This document shows, piece after piece, positions 27,865-37,433 of a DNA stretch of 64,000 nucleotides; positions within the stretch are counted from its first letter, which is position 1, and each line of letters starts with the position of its first letter. Source of the DNA: an uncultured Chloroflexia bacterium (GTDB lineage Bacteria > Chloroflexota > Limnocylindria > Limnocylindrales > CSP1-4); contig CAVVCZ010000001.1 of assembly GCA_963746845.1 (NCBI GenBank), positions 64,001-128,000 on the forward strand. Direction: 5' to 3'. The position numbers and the translations under genes are program-made. Below the pieces are notes generated by a model. That model saw nothing but the letters and a program-made list of their open reading frames with translations. It had not been told where the DNA came from and did not search any database.

Positions 27865-30800
27865 CTACCGCGCCCGGGCGTTCGACTCCGCAGACAAGGG
27901 CCCCGTCCCGACGGCATTGACCGCGGCGACCTTGTAGTAGTAGCGCGTGCCCGCGGTCGTCGCGGTATCCGTGTAGGTCGTGACGACGCCGACCGCGACG
28001 AGGAACGTCTCGGTTCCGCTCGATGTGCTCCGGTAGATGCGATAGCCGCTGATCGCGGCGCCACCCGTCGACGTCGGGGCCAGCCAGGTCAGCCTGACGC
28101 CCTTTGTCGTGGCGGTGCTCGCGCTCAGGCTCCGCGGTGCCGTCGGGACCGTTGCCGGTCGAGCCGACACCTCGGTCGACCGTGGGCTCTCACCGACCGC
28201 GTTGACCGCGGTGACCTGGTAGTAGTACGTCGTCCCGTTGGTCAACCCGGCGTCCGCGAAGGTCGTCGTTCCGGCACCCAGCGTCGTCCGCAGCGTCTCG
28301 CCCCCGGAGGCGATGCCCCGGTAGACGCGATAGCCGGTGATCGGGCTGCCGCCGGTGCTGGCCGGGGCGACCCAGGTCAGCCCGACCTGGCCGTTGCCGG
28401 GGGTGGCGACAAGACCGGTCGGGGCACCGGGCGCGGTCGGTGGCGGGGGCGGCGCGACCGGGGTCGCGCTGGCGGGGGCCGACGCCGGACCCGGTCCGAC
28501 CGCGTTGGCGGCGACGACGGTGAACGTGTAGGGCGTGCCGCTGGTCAGGCCGGTGACCGTGCAGTTGAAGGTCGAGCCGCCGGCCGTGCAGGTCGCGCCG
28601 CCCGGGCTGGCGGTCGCGGTGTAGCCGGTGATCGGGCTGCCGCCGGTGCTGGCCGGGGCGACCCAGGTCAGCCCGACCTGGCCGTTGCCGGGGGTGGCGA
28701 CAAGACCGGTCGGGGCACCGGGCGCGGTCGGTGGCGGGGGCGGCGCGACCGGGGTCGCGCTGGCGGGGGCCGACGCCGGACCCGGTCCGACCGCGTTGGC
28801 GGCGACGACGGTGAACGTGTAGGGCGTGCCGCTGGTCAGGCCGGTGACCGTGCAGTTGAAGGTCGAGCCGCCGGCCGTGCAGGTCGCGCCGCCCGGGCTG
28901 GCGGTCGCGGTGTAGCCGGTGATCGGGCTGCCGCCGGTGCTGGCCGGGGCGACCCAGGTCAGCCCGACCTGGCCGTTGCCGGGGGTGGCGACAAGACCGG
29001 TCGGGGCACCGGGCGCGGTCGGTGGCGGGGGCGGCGCGACCGGGGTCGCGCTGGCGGGGGCCGACGCCGGACCCGGTCCGACCGCGTTGGCGGCGACGAC
29101 GGTGAACGTGTAGGGCGTGCCGTTGGTCAGGCCGGTGACCGTGCAGTTGAAGGTCGAGCCGCCGGCCGTGCAGGTCGCGCCGCCCGGGCTGGCGGTCGCG
29201 GTGTAGCCGGTGATCGGGCTGCCGCCGGTGCTGGCCGGGGCGACCCAGGTCAGCCCGACCTGGCCGTTGCCGGGGGTGGCGACAAGACCGGTCGGGGCAC
29301 CGGGCGCGGTCGGAGGCGGCGGCGGTGGGGGTGGCGTGGAGCCATCGCCGAGGAACAGGCCGGCGAGCACGGCGGTGTTGCCGGCGGTCTTGTCGGCGGT
29401 GATCGTGACGGTGCCGCCGGCGGCGACGTTGATCGGGGCGTGGATCCAGGCTCCCTGGACGTACGCGGTCCCGAGCTGGGCGGTCTGCGCTCCGTGGCCG
29501 TCGTTGATCGTGACGTTCTGGAAGCGGTTGCCGCCGTACGCGTCCCAGTCGAGGGCGTACAGGTGGAGGGTGCCGGTGTAGGCGTTGGCGAACGTCAGGT
29601 GGAGACGGAGCGAGCTCGTGTCGTACCAGGTCATCGACCGTCGCTCGGTCATCGTCGGGCTCTGGAGGGCCCGGACCTCGGTCGTCGTCGCGGCCCACAC
29701 GTAGCGGCCGCCCTGGTCGAGGCTGAAGGTCACCCCGGCCGGGAGGCTCGAGAGGTCGGCGTTGTTGCCGGTCCAGTTGGCGAGGACATAGCCGTCGTGG
29801 CCATACGTCCCGACCCAGTTGCCCTGGACCCCGGGGCTGTCGACGGGGAGTGGCGGCGGGGGCGGCGGCGGAAGGGCACCGGGACCGCCGAGCAGGAGGC
29901 CGGCCAGCACGGCATTGCTCGCCGTCCGGTCGACGGTGATGACGACCGAGCCGCCGGCTCCCACGGCAAACGGTGCATGGACCCAGGCCCCCTGGACATA
30001 CGAGCCAGCCGCGAGCGAAGCCGTCCGACGGCCGGCGCCGTCGTCGATGCTCACATCCTCCCCGCGCGGTCCGTAGGCGTCCCAGTCGAGGGCATACAGG
30101 TGGAGCGTGCCGGTGTAGGCAGCGGCGAAGGTCAGCCGGATCCGGATCTGGTTGGCGTCGTACCAGGTCAGCGACTTCCGGCCGTTGCCGCTCGGATCGC
30201 GTAGCGCTCGCACGTCGGTCGTCGAGGCCGCCCACGTGTATCGCGCACCCTGCTCGAGGCTGTAGGTCACCCCCGCAGGCAGGCTCACGAGGTCGTTGCT
30301 GCCGTTCCAGTTCGCGAAGACGTAGCCGTCCGCGCCGTAGGTGCCGAGCCAGTTGCCCTGGACCCCGGGCAGGTCGACCGTCGGCGCCGGCGGCGGAGGC
30401 GGCGGGGGAGGTGGCAACGGTCCCGCGCCGCCGAGGAACAGGCCGGCGAGCACGGCGGTGTTGCCGGCGGTCTTGTCGGCGGTGATCGTGACGGTGCCGC
30501 CGGCGGCGACGTTGATCGGGGCGTGGATCCAGGCTCCCTGGACGTACGCGGTCCCGAGCTGGGCGGTCTGCGCTCCGTGGCCGTCGTTGATCGTGACGTT
30601 CTGGAAGCGGTTGCCGCCGTACGCGTCCCAGTCGAGGGCGTACAGGTGGAGGGTGCCGGTGTAGGCGTTGGCGAACGTCAGGTGGAGACGGAGCGAGCTC
30701 GTGTCGTACCAGGTCATCGACCGTCGCTCGGTCATCGTCGGGCTCTGGAGGGCCCGGACCTCGGTCGTCGTCGCGGCCCACACGTAGCGGCCGCCCTGGT

Positions 30801-32547
30801 CGAGGCTGAAGGTCACCCCGGCCGGGAGGCTCGAGAGGTCGGCGTTGTTGCCGGTCCAGTTGGCGAGGACATAGCCGTCGTGGCCATACGTCCCGACCCA
30901 GTTGCCCTGGGCGTTCGCGGCCGTGCGGACACTGACGGTGTGGCTCCGGGTCTGCCCGGCGGTGTCCGTCGCGGTCGCCGTGAACGTGTAGGCGCCGCCG
31001 TCGACGCTGTTCGCATCCCATGGCATCGTCCAGCCGTTCGAGCCGTCCGTGTCGCTTGCGGCGAGCCGGCCGTTGACGAAGAAGTCCACCTTCGCGACGC
31101 CGACGTCGTCGGTGGCCGTCGCGGTCACGACGATCGGTCCGGAGACGGTGGCGCCGTCGAGGGGCGCGGTGATCTGGACGGTCGGCCGTCGGTCGCCCGG
31201 GTTCCCGCCGCTGACGGCGTTGAGCGCGTTGACGAGCGGCTCCGCGACGCCGTCCCGATCGTTGCCCCACTGCCCCTTGCCGACGCAGTCGCCGCTCCCG
31301 TTGGCGTCGGCGAACGCTCCGTTCGGACACTGCCCGGTCGACTTCAAGCGATCTCTCACGTCGGCGGGGGTCAGGTTGGGGAACGCTGCCAGCAGCAGCG
31401 CGGCGACGCCGGCCACGTGGGGCGAGGCCATGCTCGTGCCCATCTCGGTGGCGTAGCCGCCGCCGGTCCAGTCGGAGGTGATCTGGGTCCCGGGGGCCGT
31501 CACGTCGATCCGGGTCCCGAAGTTGCTGAACTCGGCGAGGGTGTCGTCGCAGTAGAAGAAGAACAGCCAGCAGCCGCCGAGCCCGCCGGGTTCGCCGTCG
31601 AGATCCGTGACCGCCGAAACGGCGATGACCTCGGGGAACGCCGCCGGGATGAACCCGGACACGTCCACGGTCGAGTTGCCCGCGGCCGCCACGTACGTGA
31701 CCCCGGCCGCGACCGACTTGCAGATCGCCTCGCGCACACCGCCGTCGGTGCACGTCCCGATCGTCCCGACGTCGCCGAGGCTCATGTTCGCGACGCGGAT
31801 GTCGTTCGTCGGGTCGTTGTCGGTCGCATACGCGGTCAGGGTGTCGATCGCGCAGATGAGGTTCGACCATTCGCCCGAGCCGCTGTCGTCGAGCACCTTG
31901 AACGGGACGAGGCGGGCGTGCGGCGCGACGCCGACGACCCCGAGGCCGTTGTCGGCCGCGGCGATGATGCCGGCGACATGGGTCCCGTGGCCGTGGCCGT
32001 CCTGGGGCGGACCCGCGGTCATGCAGTTCTTGCCGAGCCCCACGTCGAGGTTCGGGACCAGGTCCGGGTGGGTCAGGTCGATGCCGGTGTCGAGGATCGC
32101 GACGCGCACGCCTTGGCCGGTGAACCCGGCGTCGTAGGCGCTCGGCGGGGTCGAGTGGTTCGCGGCGATGCGCGAGATCCCCGTCGGGATGGTGTCGTCG
32201 AGCGCGTGGATCGTGCCGTCGGCCACGACCGAGCGGACGTTGGGGTTGCGCGCCAGCGCTGCGGCGGCCTTCGCCGAACCCTTGAAGACGAACCCGTGGA
32301 GCGCGTGACGGAAGACGAACCCGGCCTTGCCGCCCTCACCCTGCGCGAGCGTGCCCGCCAGTCGGTCGGTGTCCGCCCGGGGCTGCATCGAGACGATCCA
32401 GCTCGTCGCCGTCGCCACGCCCGGGCCGACGGGGACCGGAGCCGGTCTCGCGGGCGGGGCGGCCGAAACCGTATTCGGGACTGTCAGGAGCAGGACGGAT
32501 CCGAACAGGATCGCCGTTCGGAAGCGCCACCCTCGCGCTCCGCTCAT
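27865..32547 (-). CDS. secreted S8 subtilase with I9 propeptide, Ig-like domain, three unknown beta-rich repeats and five FN3 domains
   Basis: Signal peptide; catalytic DTGID, HGTHVAG, AAGN, GTSMASPHVAG; QGNW.GTYG.DGY x3; PGAPTGL..W.AP FN3 repeats. Confidence 0.92.
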   Translation of the reverse strand: MSGARGWRFRTAILFGSVLLLTVPNTVSAAPPARPAPVPVGPGVATATSWIVSMQPRADTDRLAGTLAQGEGGKAGFVFRHALHGFVFKGSAKAAAALARNPNVRSVVADGTIHALDDTIPTGISRIAANHSTPPSAYDAGFTGQGVRVAILDTGIDLTHPDLVPNLDVGLGKNCMTAGPPQDGHGHGTHVAGIIAAADNGLGVVGVAPHARLVPFKVLDDSGSGEWSNLICAIDTLTAYATDNDPTNDIRVANMSLGDVGTIGTCTDGGVREAICKSVAAGVTYVAAAGNSTVDVSGFIPAAFPEVIAVSAVTDLDGEPGGLGGCWLFFFYCDDTLAEFSNFGTRIDVTAPGTQITSDWTGGGYATEMGTSMASPHVAGVAALLLAAFPNLTPADVRDRLKSTGQCPNGAFADANGSGDCVGKGQWGNDRDGVAEPLVNALNAVSGGNPGDRRPTVQITAPLDGATVSGPIVVTATATDDVGVAKVDFFVNGRLAASDTDGSNGWTMPWDANSVDGGAYTFTATATDTAGQTRSHTVSVRTAANAQGNWVGTYGHDGYVLANWTGNNADLSSLPAGVTFSLDQGGRYVWAATTTEVRALQSPTMTERRSMTWYDTSSLRLHLTFANAYTGTLHLYALDWDAYGGNRFQNVTINDGHGAQTAQLGTAYVQGAWIHAPINVAAGGTVTITADKTAGNTAVLAGLFLGGAGPLPPPPPPPPPAPTVDLPGVQGNWLGTYGADGYVFANWNGSNDLVSLPAGVTYSLEQGARYTWAASTTDVRALRDPSGNGRKSLTWYDANQIRIRLTFAAAYTGTLHLYALDWDAYGPRGEDVSIDDGAGRRTASLAAGSYVQGAWVHAPFAVGAGGSVVITVDRTASNAVLAGLLLGGPGALPPPPPPPLPVDSPGVQGNWVGTYGHDGYVLANWTGNNADLSSLPAGVTFSLDQGGRYVWAATTTEVRALQSPTMTERRSMTWYDTSSLRLHLTFANAYTGTLHLYALDWDAYGGNRFQNVTINDGHGAQTAQLGTAYVQGAWIHAPINVAAGGTVTITADKTAGNTAVLAGLFLGDGSTPPPPPPPPTAPGAPTGLVATPGNGQVGLTWVAPASTGGSPITGYTATASPGGATCTAGGSTFNCTVTGLTNGTPYTFTVVAANAVGPGPASAPASATPVAPPPPPTAPGAPTGLVATPGNGQVGLTWVAPASTGGSPITGYTATASPGGATCTAGGSTFNCTVTGLTSGTPYTFTVVAANAVGPGPASAPASATPVAPPPPPTAPGAPTGLVATPGNGQVGLTWVAPASTGGSPITGYTATASPGGATCTAGGSTFNCTVTGLTSGTPYTFTVVAANAVGPGPASAPASATPVAPPPPPTAPGAPTGLVATPGNGQVGLTWVAPASTGGSPITGYRVYRGIASGGETLRTTLGAGTTTFADAGLTNGTTYYYQVTAVNAVGESPRSTEVSARPATVPTAPRSLSASTATTKGVRLTWLAPTSTGGAAISGYRIYRSTSSGTETFLVAVGVVTTYTDTATTAGTRYYYKVAAVNAVGTGPLSAESNARAR
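28331..29312. repeat. 291-bp near-identical tandem repeat (~3.4 copies) encoding FN3 domains
   Basis: Period 291 (28337, 28628, 28919, 29210); only one difference seen (Asn/Ser codon). Confidence 0.9.
29346..30910. repeat. 482-bp direct repeat (29346-29827 = 30429-30910) flanking a diverged third copy
   Basis: Offset 1083; appears identical by eye; encodes domain copies 1 and 3. Confidence 0.85.
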
Positions 32548-32705
32548 CGCATCCCCACCCCTGGCGATTCGATCCGCCGCGATCGAAGGTCGTGAGTGTC
32601 CGTCGCGCTCGAATCGGCGTCAATGAGGGAACTGCCGTATTCCGATCGAACGGTGCGGCGATGCGCCGGCCAGTTGCGGGCCTCGGCCGGTTCGGCCCGC
32701 CCGTC

Positions 32706-35051
32706 CTAGCCCTGCGACAGCTTGAACAGCTCGGTCGGTGACAGCTTCGGCGAGTGATCGCCGAACAGCCGGCGGAGCAGCCAGTACTCGGGGAGGGGAC
32801 GGTCGTCCGTGATCAGCGGCCCGTCGCCCACGATCCGCGCGACGTCGTCGCCCTGGATCCAGACCAGCCCCGGGATCTTCGTCGCCCAGCCGTCCACGGT
32901 GTGCTCGGGTGAGTCGTACGCCGACGAGATGTCCTCGAGGATGCCGGGCCTGGCGAGGACGTCCCGGATGTTCTCGTCGGTGAACTGAAGCGGTTGGTCG
33001 CTGCCGATCAGGAAGAAGCCATAGCCACCGGGCCCGAACGCGACGATGACGTTCGGGAAGACCGTCCGGAACGTCCGGATGTGGTCGAGGAACTCGTCGA
33101 CCGTCCCGCCGTACGGCGTCCACTGCATCATCACGCCGCCCGGGTTGAGGCGGCTGGCTCCGGCCTGGTAGTACTCGAGCGACGAGATGACGGCCGCACC
33201 GGAGCTCTCGATCGGCGGCGGCGGGTCCGTCACGATGATGTCGTAGTGCTTCGGCGTCAGCTCCAGGTGGTTCCGCCCGTCCGTGACGATGACGTTGGCA
33301 TTCGGCTTCCCGACGATCGCGTCCGCGTCCGGGTAGAACCAGTGGAACATCTTCGGGACGGACGGCACGAGCTCCACGGCGTCCGTCTGGAGGCCTGCGA
33401 TGACGGCCGCCCGGAACGCGGAGCCCATGCCGAACGCGATCGTGGCGGCCGACTGCGAATCCGGCCGGAGCATCAGCGGCAGGATCGGCATCAGCTTCGC
33501 GTCGACCGTCAGCAGGGTCATCGCCGTCCCGGTGACCCACAGCTGCCGGCCCTGGGTGTTGCCGGCCTGGACCGACGCGATCTCGTCCTCCTCGGACTGG
33601 TAGATCGTGCCGTTCATCGCCTGGATCCGCGCTACTGATGGATCGACGAAGCGGGTCGTGCCCGGTGCCACGAGGTTCCAGACGATGGCGACGGCCACCA
33701 CGGCCGAGCCGGCCGCCACGACCCCGCGCGCGACGGGGGTCACCCCGGTTGCGGAGGCGATCAGCAGTCCGGCGAGGCCGAGGTTGACGAGCGCGACCAG
33801 GGCGACCGTCGCGGGCGAGCCGAGGATCGGGATCAGGAAGAACGGGACGACGAAGGTCCCGACGATCGCGCCCACGGTGTTCGCGGCGAGGAGACGGCCG
33901 GCGAGCGTCGCGATCTTCGACGGGTCGTCGTCGAGCAGGCTCGACGACGCGGGGAAGCTCATGCCCATCACGAACGTTGCGGGCAGGACGACGAGGATCG
34001 CCGGTCGGAGGATCGCCCAGAGCGTCTCGAGCGCCTTCGACGGCTCGAGGGCGTAGGGCTGACCGATCACGAGGACCAGGCCGCCGACGGTGATGACGGC
34101 GACGGCGAGCTGGGTGAAGGCGAGGAACAGGACCGGCTGCCGGATCCGGGGCCGGATGTTCGCGTAGACGGTCGCGCCCAGGACCAGCCCGATCAGGAAG
34201 ATCGCGAGGATCGTGCTGAAGATGTACGTGGAGTTTCCGGTGCCGGACGACAGCAGGCGGTTCCACAGCGTCTGGTAGGCAAGCGACGTCAGCCCCGAGA
34301 TGAACGCGACCGTCAGAGCGAGGCTCGGCCGGGCGCGGCCGGTGGGGGTCGCGGGGTGCGCTGTCGGCTCCGGGTCGATCGTCGCGAACGTGGGCGGCTC
34401 GACCGCCGGCCGGGGCCCGATCTCGGCCTCGGCGGCGGCCCGCCCGCGATCGATCAGCAAGGCCGCGATGCCGGCGATCCCCGAGCAGGCAGCGCCGACG
34501 AGCAGGGTGGTGGAGAGGCCGAGCAGCTCGATCAGGAAGAAGCCCGCGGCGATCGTCCCGAGGATCGCCCCGAACGTGTTCGCCGCGTAGAGCCGCGAGA
34601 ACGCCCGCGACAGGTGCTGGTCGTCGGTGAGGTAGCGGGTCAGCGTCGGGAGCGTGGCGCCCATCAGGATCGTCGCCGGCGCCAGCGCGACGATCGCGAG
34701 CCCGAACCGGACGAGCGCGAGCAGCCCGGGCTGGGTCTCGAGGCTGGTGAACGCGGCGCGATAGACCTCGTGGAGGAGGCGGAACGTGATCGGGGTCAGG
34801 ATCACCACCACGACGAGGACGAGCTCCAGGATGCCGTACAGCTTGAGCGGCGATCGGACCCGGTCGGCGAGCCGGCCGCCGAGGAACGAGCCCACGGCCA
34901 TCCCGCCGAAGAAGCCGGTCAGGATCGTCGCGACCGCCTGGGTCGTGTTGCCGAACACGAGCACGAGCTGCCGCGACCAGACGACCTCGTAGACCAGGCC
35001 GGCGGCGCCCGACAGGACGAAGATCGCGAGGATCAGGCCGGATCGGCGCAC
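32706..35051 (-). CDS. fused membrane (MFS-like) / spermidine synthase-like protein
   Basis: SGAAGLVYEVVWSR, LYAANTFGA; C-terminal VELVPSV, DGRNHL, YDIIVTDPPPP, TDDRP. Confidence 0.85.
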   Translation of the reverse strand: MRRSGLILAIFVLSGAAGLVYEVVWSRQLVLVFGNTTQAVATILTGFFGGMAVGSFLGGRLADRVRSPLKLYGILELVLVVVVILTPITFRLLHEVYRAAFTSLETQPGLLALVRFGLAIVALAPATILMGATLPTLTRYLTDDQHLSRAFSRLYAANTFGAILGTIAAGFFLIELLGLSTTLLVGAACSGIAGIAALLIDRGRAAAEAEIGPRPAVEPPTFATIDPEPTAHPATPTGRARPSLALTVAFISGLTSLAYQTLWNRLLSSGTGNSTYIFSTILAIFLIGLVLGATVYANIRPRIRQPVLFLAFTQLAVAVITVGGLVLVIGQPYALEPSKALETLWAILRPAILVVLPATFVMGMSFPASSSLLDDDPSKIATLAGRLLAANTVGAIVGTFVVPFFLIPILGSPATVALVALVNLGLAGLLIASATGVTPVARGVVAAGSAVVAVAIVWNLVAPGTTRFVDPSVARIQAMNGTIYQSEEDEIASVQAGNTQGRQLWVTGTAMTLLTVDAKLMPILPLMLRPDSQSAATIAFGMGSAFRAAVIAGLQTDAVELVPSVPKMFHWFYPDADAIVGKPNANVIVTDGRNHLELTPKHYDIIVTDPPPPIESSGAAVISSLEYYQAGASRLNPGGVMMQWTPYGGTVDEFLDHIRTFRTVFPNVIVAFGPGGYGFFLIGSDQPLQFTDENIRDVLARPGILEDISSAYDSPEHTVDGWATKIPGLVWIQGDDVARIVGDGPLITDDRPLPEYWLLRRLFGDHSPKLSPTELFKLSQG

Positions 35052-35145
35052 GAAGCTCCTCCGCGTCGGTTCGGGATGGATCTAGGGAGGCGCGCAGTGT
35101 CGCACGCGCTCGGGCAGCCTGCCACGGCCCCGCGAACGAGGGGCG

Positions 35146-36165
35146 TCAAGGCAACCCGGCGACCGGGGGTTCGGGGGCCGACGACGACGCGGGGCCGCCG
35201 GCCGCGGCGTCGCCGTCACTCGTCGGGCGAGCGCGTCGGGAGCGCTCGACGGCGGCGGCCAGCGGCGGGCCGACCGCCACGACGACCAGGGCGATGACCG
35301 GCGCGCCCTCGATGGGAGAGCCGAGGACCGCGGCGGCGATCGCCAGCGTGATGACCATCGACAGGGGCGACCGGTCCCCCGCCGGGTCGGCAACCCCGGG
35401 GATCGCCATCGACGAGTAATACCACTGGGTCCAGGGCCAGAACACGGGCATCGCCAGCCACGCCGCTCGCTCGCGATCGCGGCGCAGGAGCATCACGAAT
35501 GTCACGACCGCGACGACCACCGCCACCGCGAGGATCGGCATCGACAGCCCCCACACGCTCGATCCGCCGCCGGCGGTCGCGTCGAGGTGATCCTGGATCG
35601 TCTGGCGCTCGGCGAGGTACGTCGCCCACGGCACGAACGGTGCGGTCACGACGACCGCAACGCCGGCGAGGATGAGCGTCCTGAGCTCGAGTCGGATCAG
35701 CGGCACGATCGCGGCGTAGACCTTCACGACGATCGCGAGCGCGCCGAGGACCGCGCCACCCGCAACGAGGAGCGGCAGGACGAGCGCGTGCGGGTTGGCG
35801 TTCCAGACCCCGTCCACGAGTGGCGGAAACGCGAGCCACCAGAGCGGCAGCCCGAGCCGCCGGATCGCCCAGACGCTGCCGACCACGCACAGCACGAGCA
35901 GGAGCCCCACCCCGAGCGTTTCCGGCAGCAGCGCGAACGGGATCATCGGGATGAGCGACGGGGGCGGCGCCCCGAAGTACACGCCGCCCTGGACGACGGC
36001 CCACGGATCCTGACCCGCCAGCCAGGCGACGGTCGCGGAGCGATAGAGACGCCCGTCGAAGCCCGGCCCGCCCGGTGCGATCAGGATGAGTCGCATGACG
36101 GTGATCACGACGAACCACGTCGCGAGGAGGACCGGCACGATGCGCCGGATCTGCACCTCTCTCAC
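35146..36165 (-). CDS. GT87/DUF2029-like membrane glycosyltransferase
   Basis: GFDGRLY, APPP, NAN, VKVY; GTGA overlap. Confidence 0.68.
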   Translation of the reverse strand: MREVQIRRIVPVLLATWFVVITVMRLILIAPGGPGFDGRLYRSATVAWLAGQDPWAVVQGGVYFGAPPPSLIPMIPFALLPETLGVGLLLVLCVVGSVWAIRRLGLPLWWLAFPPLVDGVWNANPHALVLPLLVAGGAVLGALAIVVKVYAAIVPLIRLELRTLILAGVAVVVTAPFVPWATYLAERQTIQDHLDATAGGGSSVWGLSMPILAVAVVVAVVTFVMLLRRDRERAAWLAMPVFWPWTQWYYSSMAIPGVADPAGDRSPLSMVITLAIAAAVLGSPIEGAPVIALVVVAVGPPLAAAVERSRRARPTSDGDAAAGGPASSSAPEPPVAGLP

Positions 36166-37433
36166 AGGTGGTACGCCCAGTAGACGCCCGCCGCGCCGAC
36201 GACGACGCCGAACCCGATGAGCAGGCGCCAGCCCATCCCGATGCCCGCCCCCGTCAACCCCACCGACTCGCGGATCCTCTCGTCGCGGGCCGCCGCGAGC
36301 GCGCACAACGCCCAGACGAACGGGATCGAGTCGAGGGCGTAGCGGTAGCCGTACTGGAGCCAGCCGCCGCCGTAGTACAGGAGCGTCGGGATCAGGACGA
36401 GCAGGGCCGCCCCCGCCAGCCACCACGTCCGCGACTGACGCCACGGCGCGCGGACGGCGTACAGGAGCCCCGGGCTCGTGAAGAAGATCGACATGCCGAG
36501 GCCATCCGGCTGGAAGAACGGGAACGTCGTCGAGAACGTCGGGAGCTTCGTGAACAGGTAGTTGACGTTCATCGCGATGTGGGCCGTCGAGAACAGCCCG
36601 AGCCGGCGCTGCGCCTCCAGCCACTCGGGGAGCACGGCGAGGGCATAGCCGGACTCGAGCGGCGAGCCGAACCGCACGGCGTTGTACCAGAAGAAGAACG
36701 CGATCGACGGCAGGACGCCGAGGGCGAGCGCGAGCCACGTCCGCCACGGCCACTGGCGCGGCTCCCAGATCCGGTCGCCGGCGAGGAGCAGGGCGAAGAA
36801 CGGGATCGCGAAGACGAGCGGGGCGCGGGTCAGGAACGCGAAGCCGGCGAGCAGCCCGATGAGCCACGGCCGGCGGCTGCCCCACAGCTCGAGGAGGATC
36901 GCGAGGGTGAGGATCGTCGCGATCAGCTGGCCCGTGTGCCAGACCCCGCCACGGGTCGTGACCCACCAGATCTGGGTCGAGAACCCGAACAGGACGCTGA
37001 GCAGGAAGCGATCGACCAGCGACCGGACGTTGGCCCGACCGGTGAACCACCAGGCCATCCCGACCGTCGCCGCGGCGAGGGCGGCGTTGATGCCGCTCTC
37101 CCACTGGTCGGCGACCCCCGGCCCGGTGATCGCGACGAGCGGCATCAGGGCGATTGCCGGGAACGGGGCGAACGGAACGTAGATCCGGCCGTCCTGGATG
37201 ATCACGTCCTGCGGCCCGAGCCGGACGTCCAGCCAGGTCCGGCCGTGGAGGAACGCGTCGGCGAGGTAGAAGAAGTCGCCCCGCATCGCGTCGAAGTAGC
37301 GGTTCGACAGCCAGTAGATGACGCCCGCGGCGATCGTCAGGAGGATGCCGATCCGGGCGGCCGTGTCGATCCGCTCGAGGAACCCGACGCGCGGACGGGT
37401 CTCCGCGTTCGCCGTCGGTGCCTGGGCCGTCAT
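36162..37433 (-). CDS. polytopic membrane protein, probable GT-C glycosyltransferase
   Basis: FFYLADAFLHG, YVPFAPFP, YNAVRFGSPLESGY, QYGYRYALD; ATGA overlap. Confidence 0.65.
   Translation of the reverse strand: MTAQAPTANAETRPRVGFLERIDTAARIGILLTIAAGVIYWLSNRYFDAMRGDFFYLADAFLHGRTWLDVRLGPQDVIIQDGRIYVPFAPFPAIALMPLVAITGPGVADQWESGINAALAAATVGMAWWFTGRANVRSLVDRFLLSVLFGFSTQIWWVTTRGGVWHTGQLIATILTLAILLELWGSRRPWLIGLLAGFAFLTRAPLVFAIPFFALLLAGDRIWEPRQWPWRTWLALALGVLPSIAFFFWYNAVRFGSPLESGYALAVLPEWLEAQRRLGLFSTAHIAMNVNYLFTKLPTFSTTFPFFQPDGLGMSIFFTSPGLLYAVRAPWRQSRTWWLAGAALLVLIPTLLYYGGGWLQYGYRYALDSIPFVWALCALAAARDERIRESVGLTGAGIGMGWRLLIGFGVVVGAAGVYWAYHL

Noticed and set aside
28331-29312. Tandem repeat as a CRISPR array
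   Set aside because: Units are 291 bp, in frame, encode FN3 domains and have no unique spacers or cas genes.
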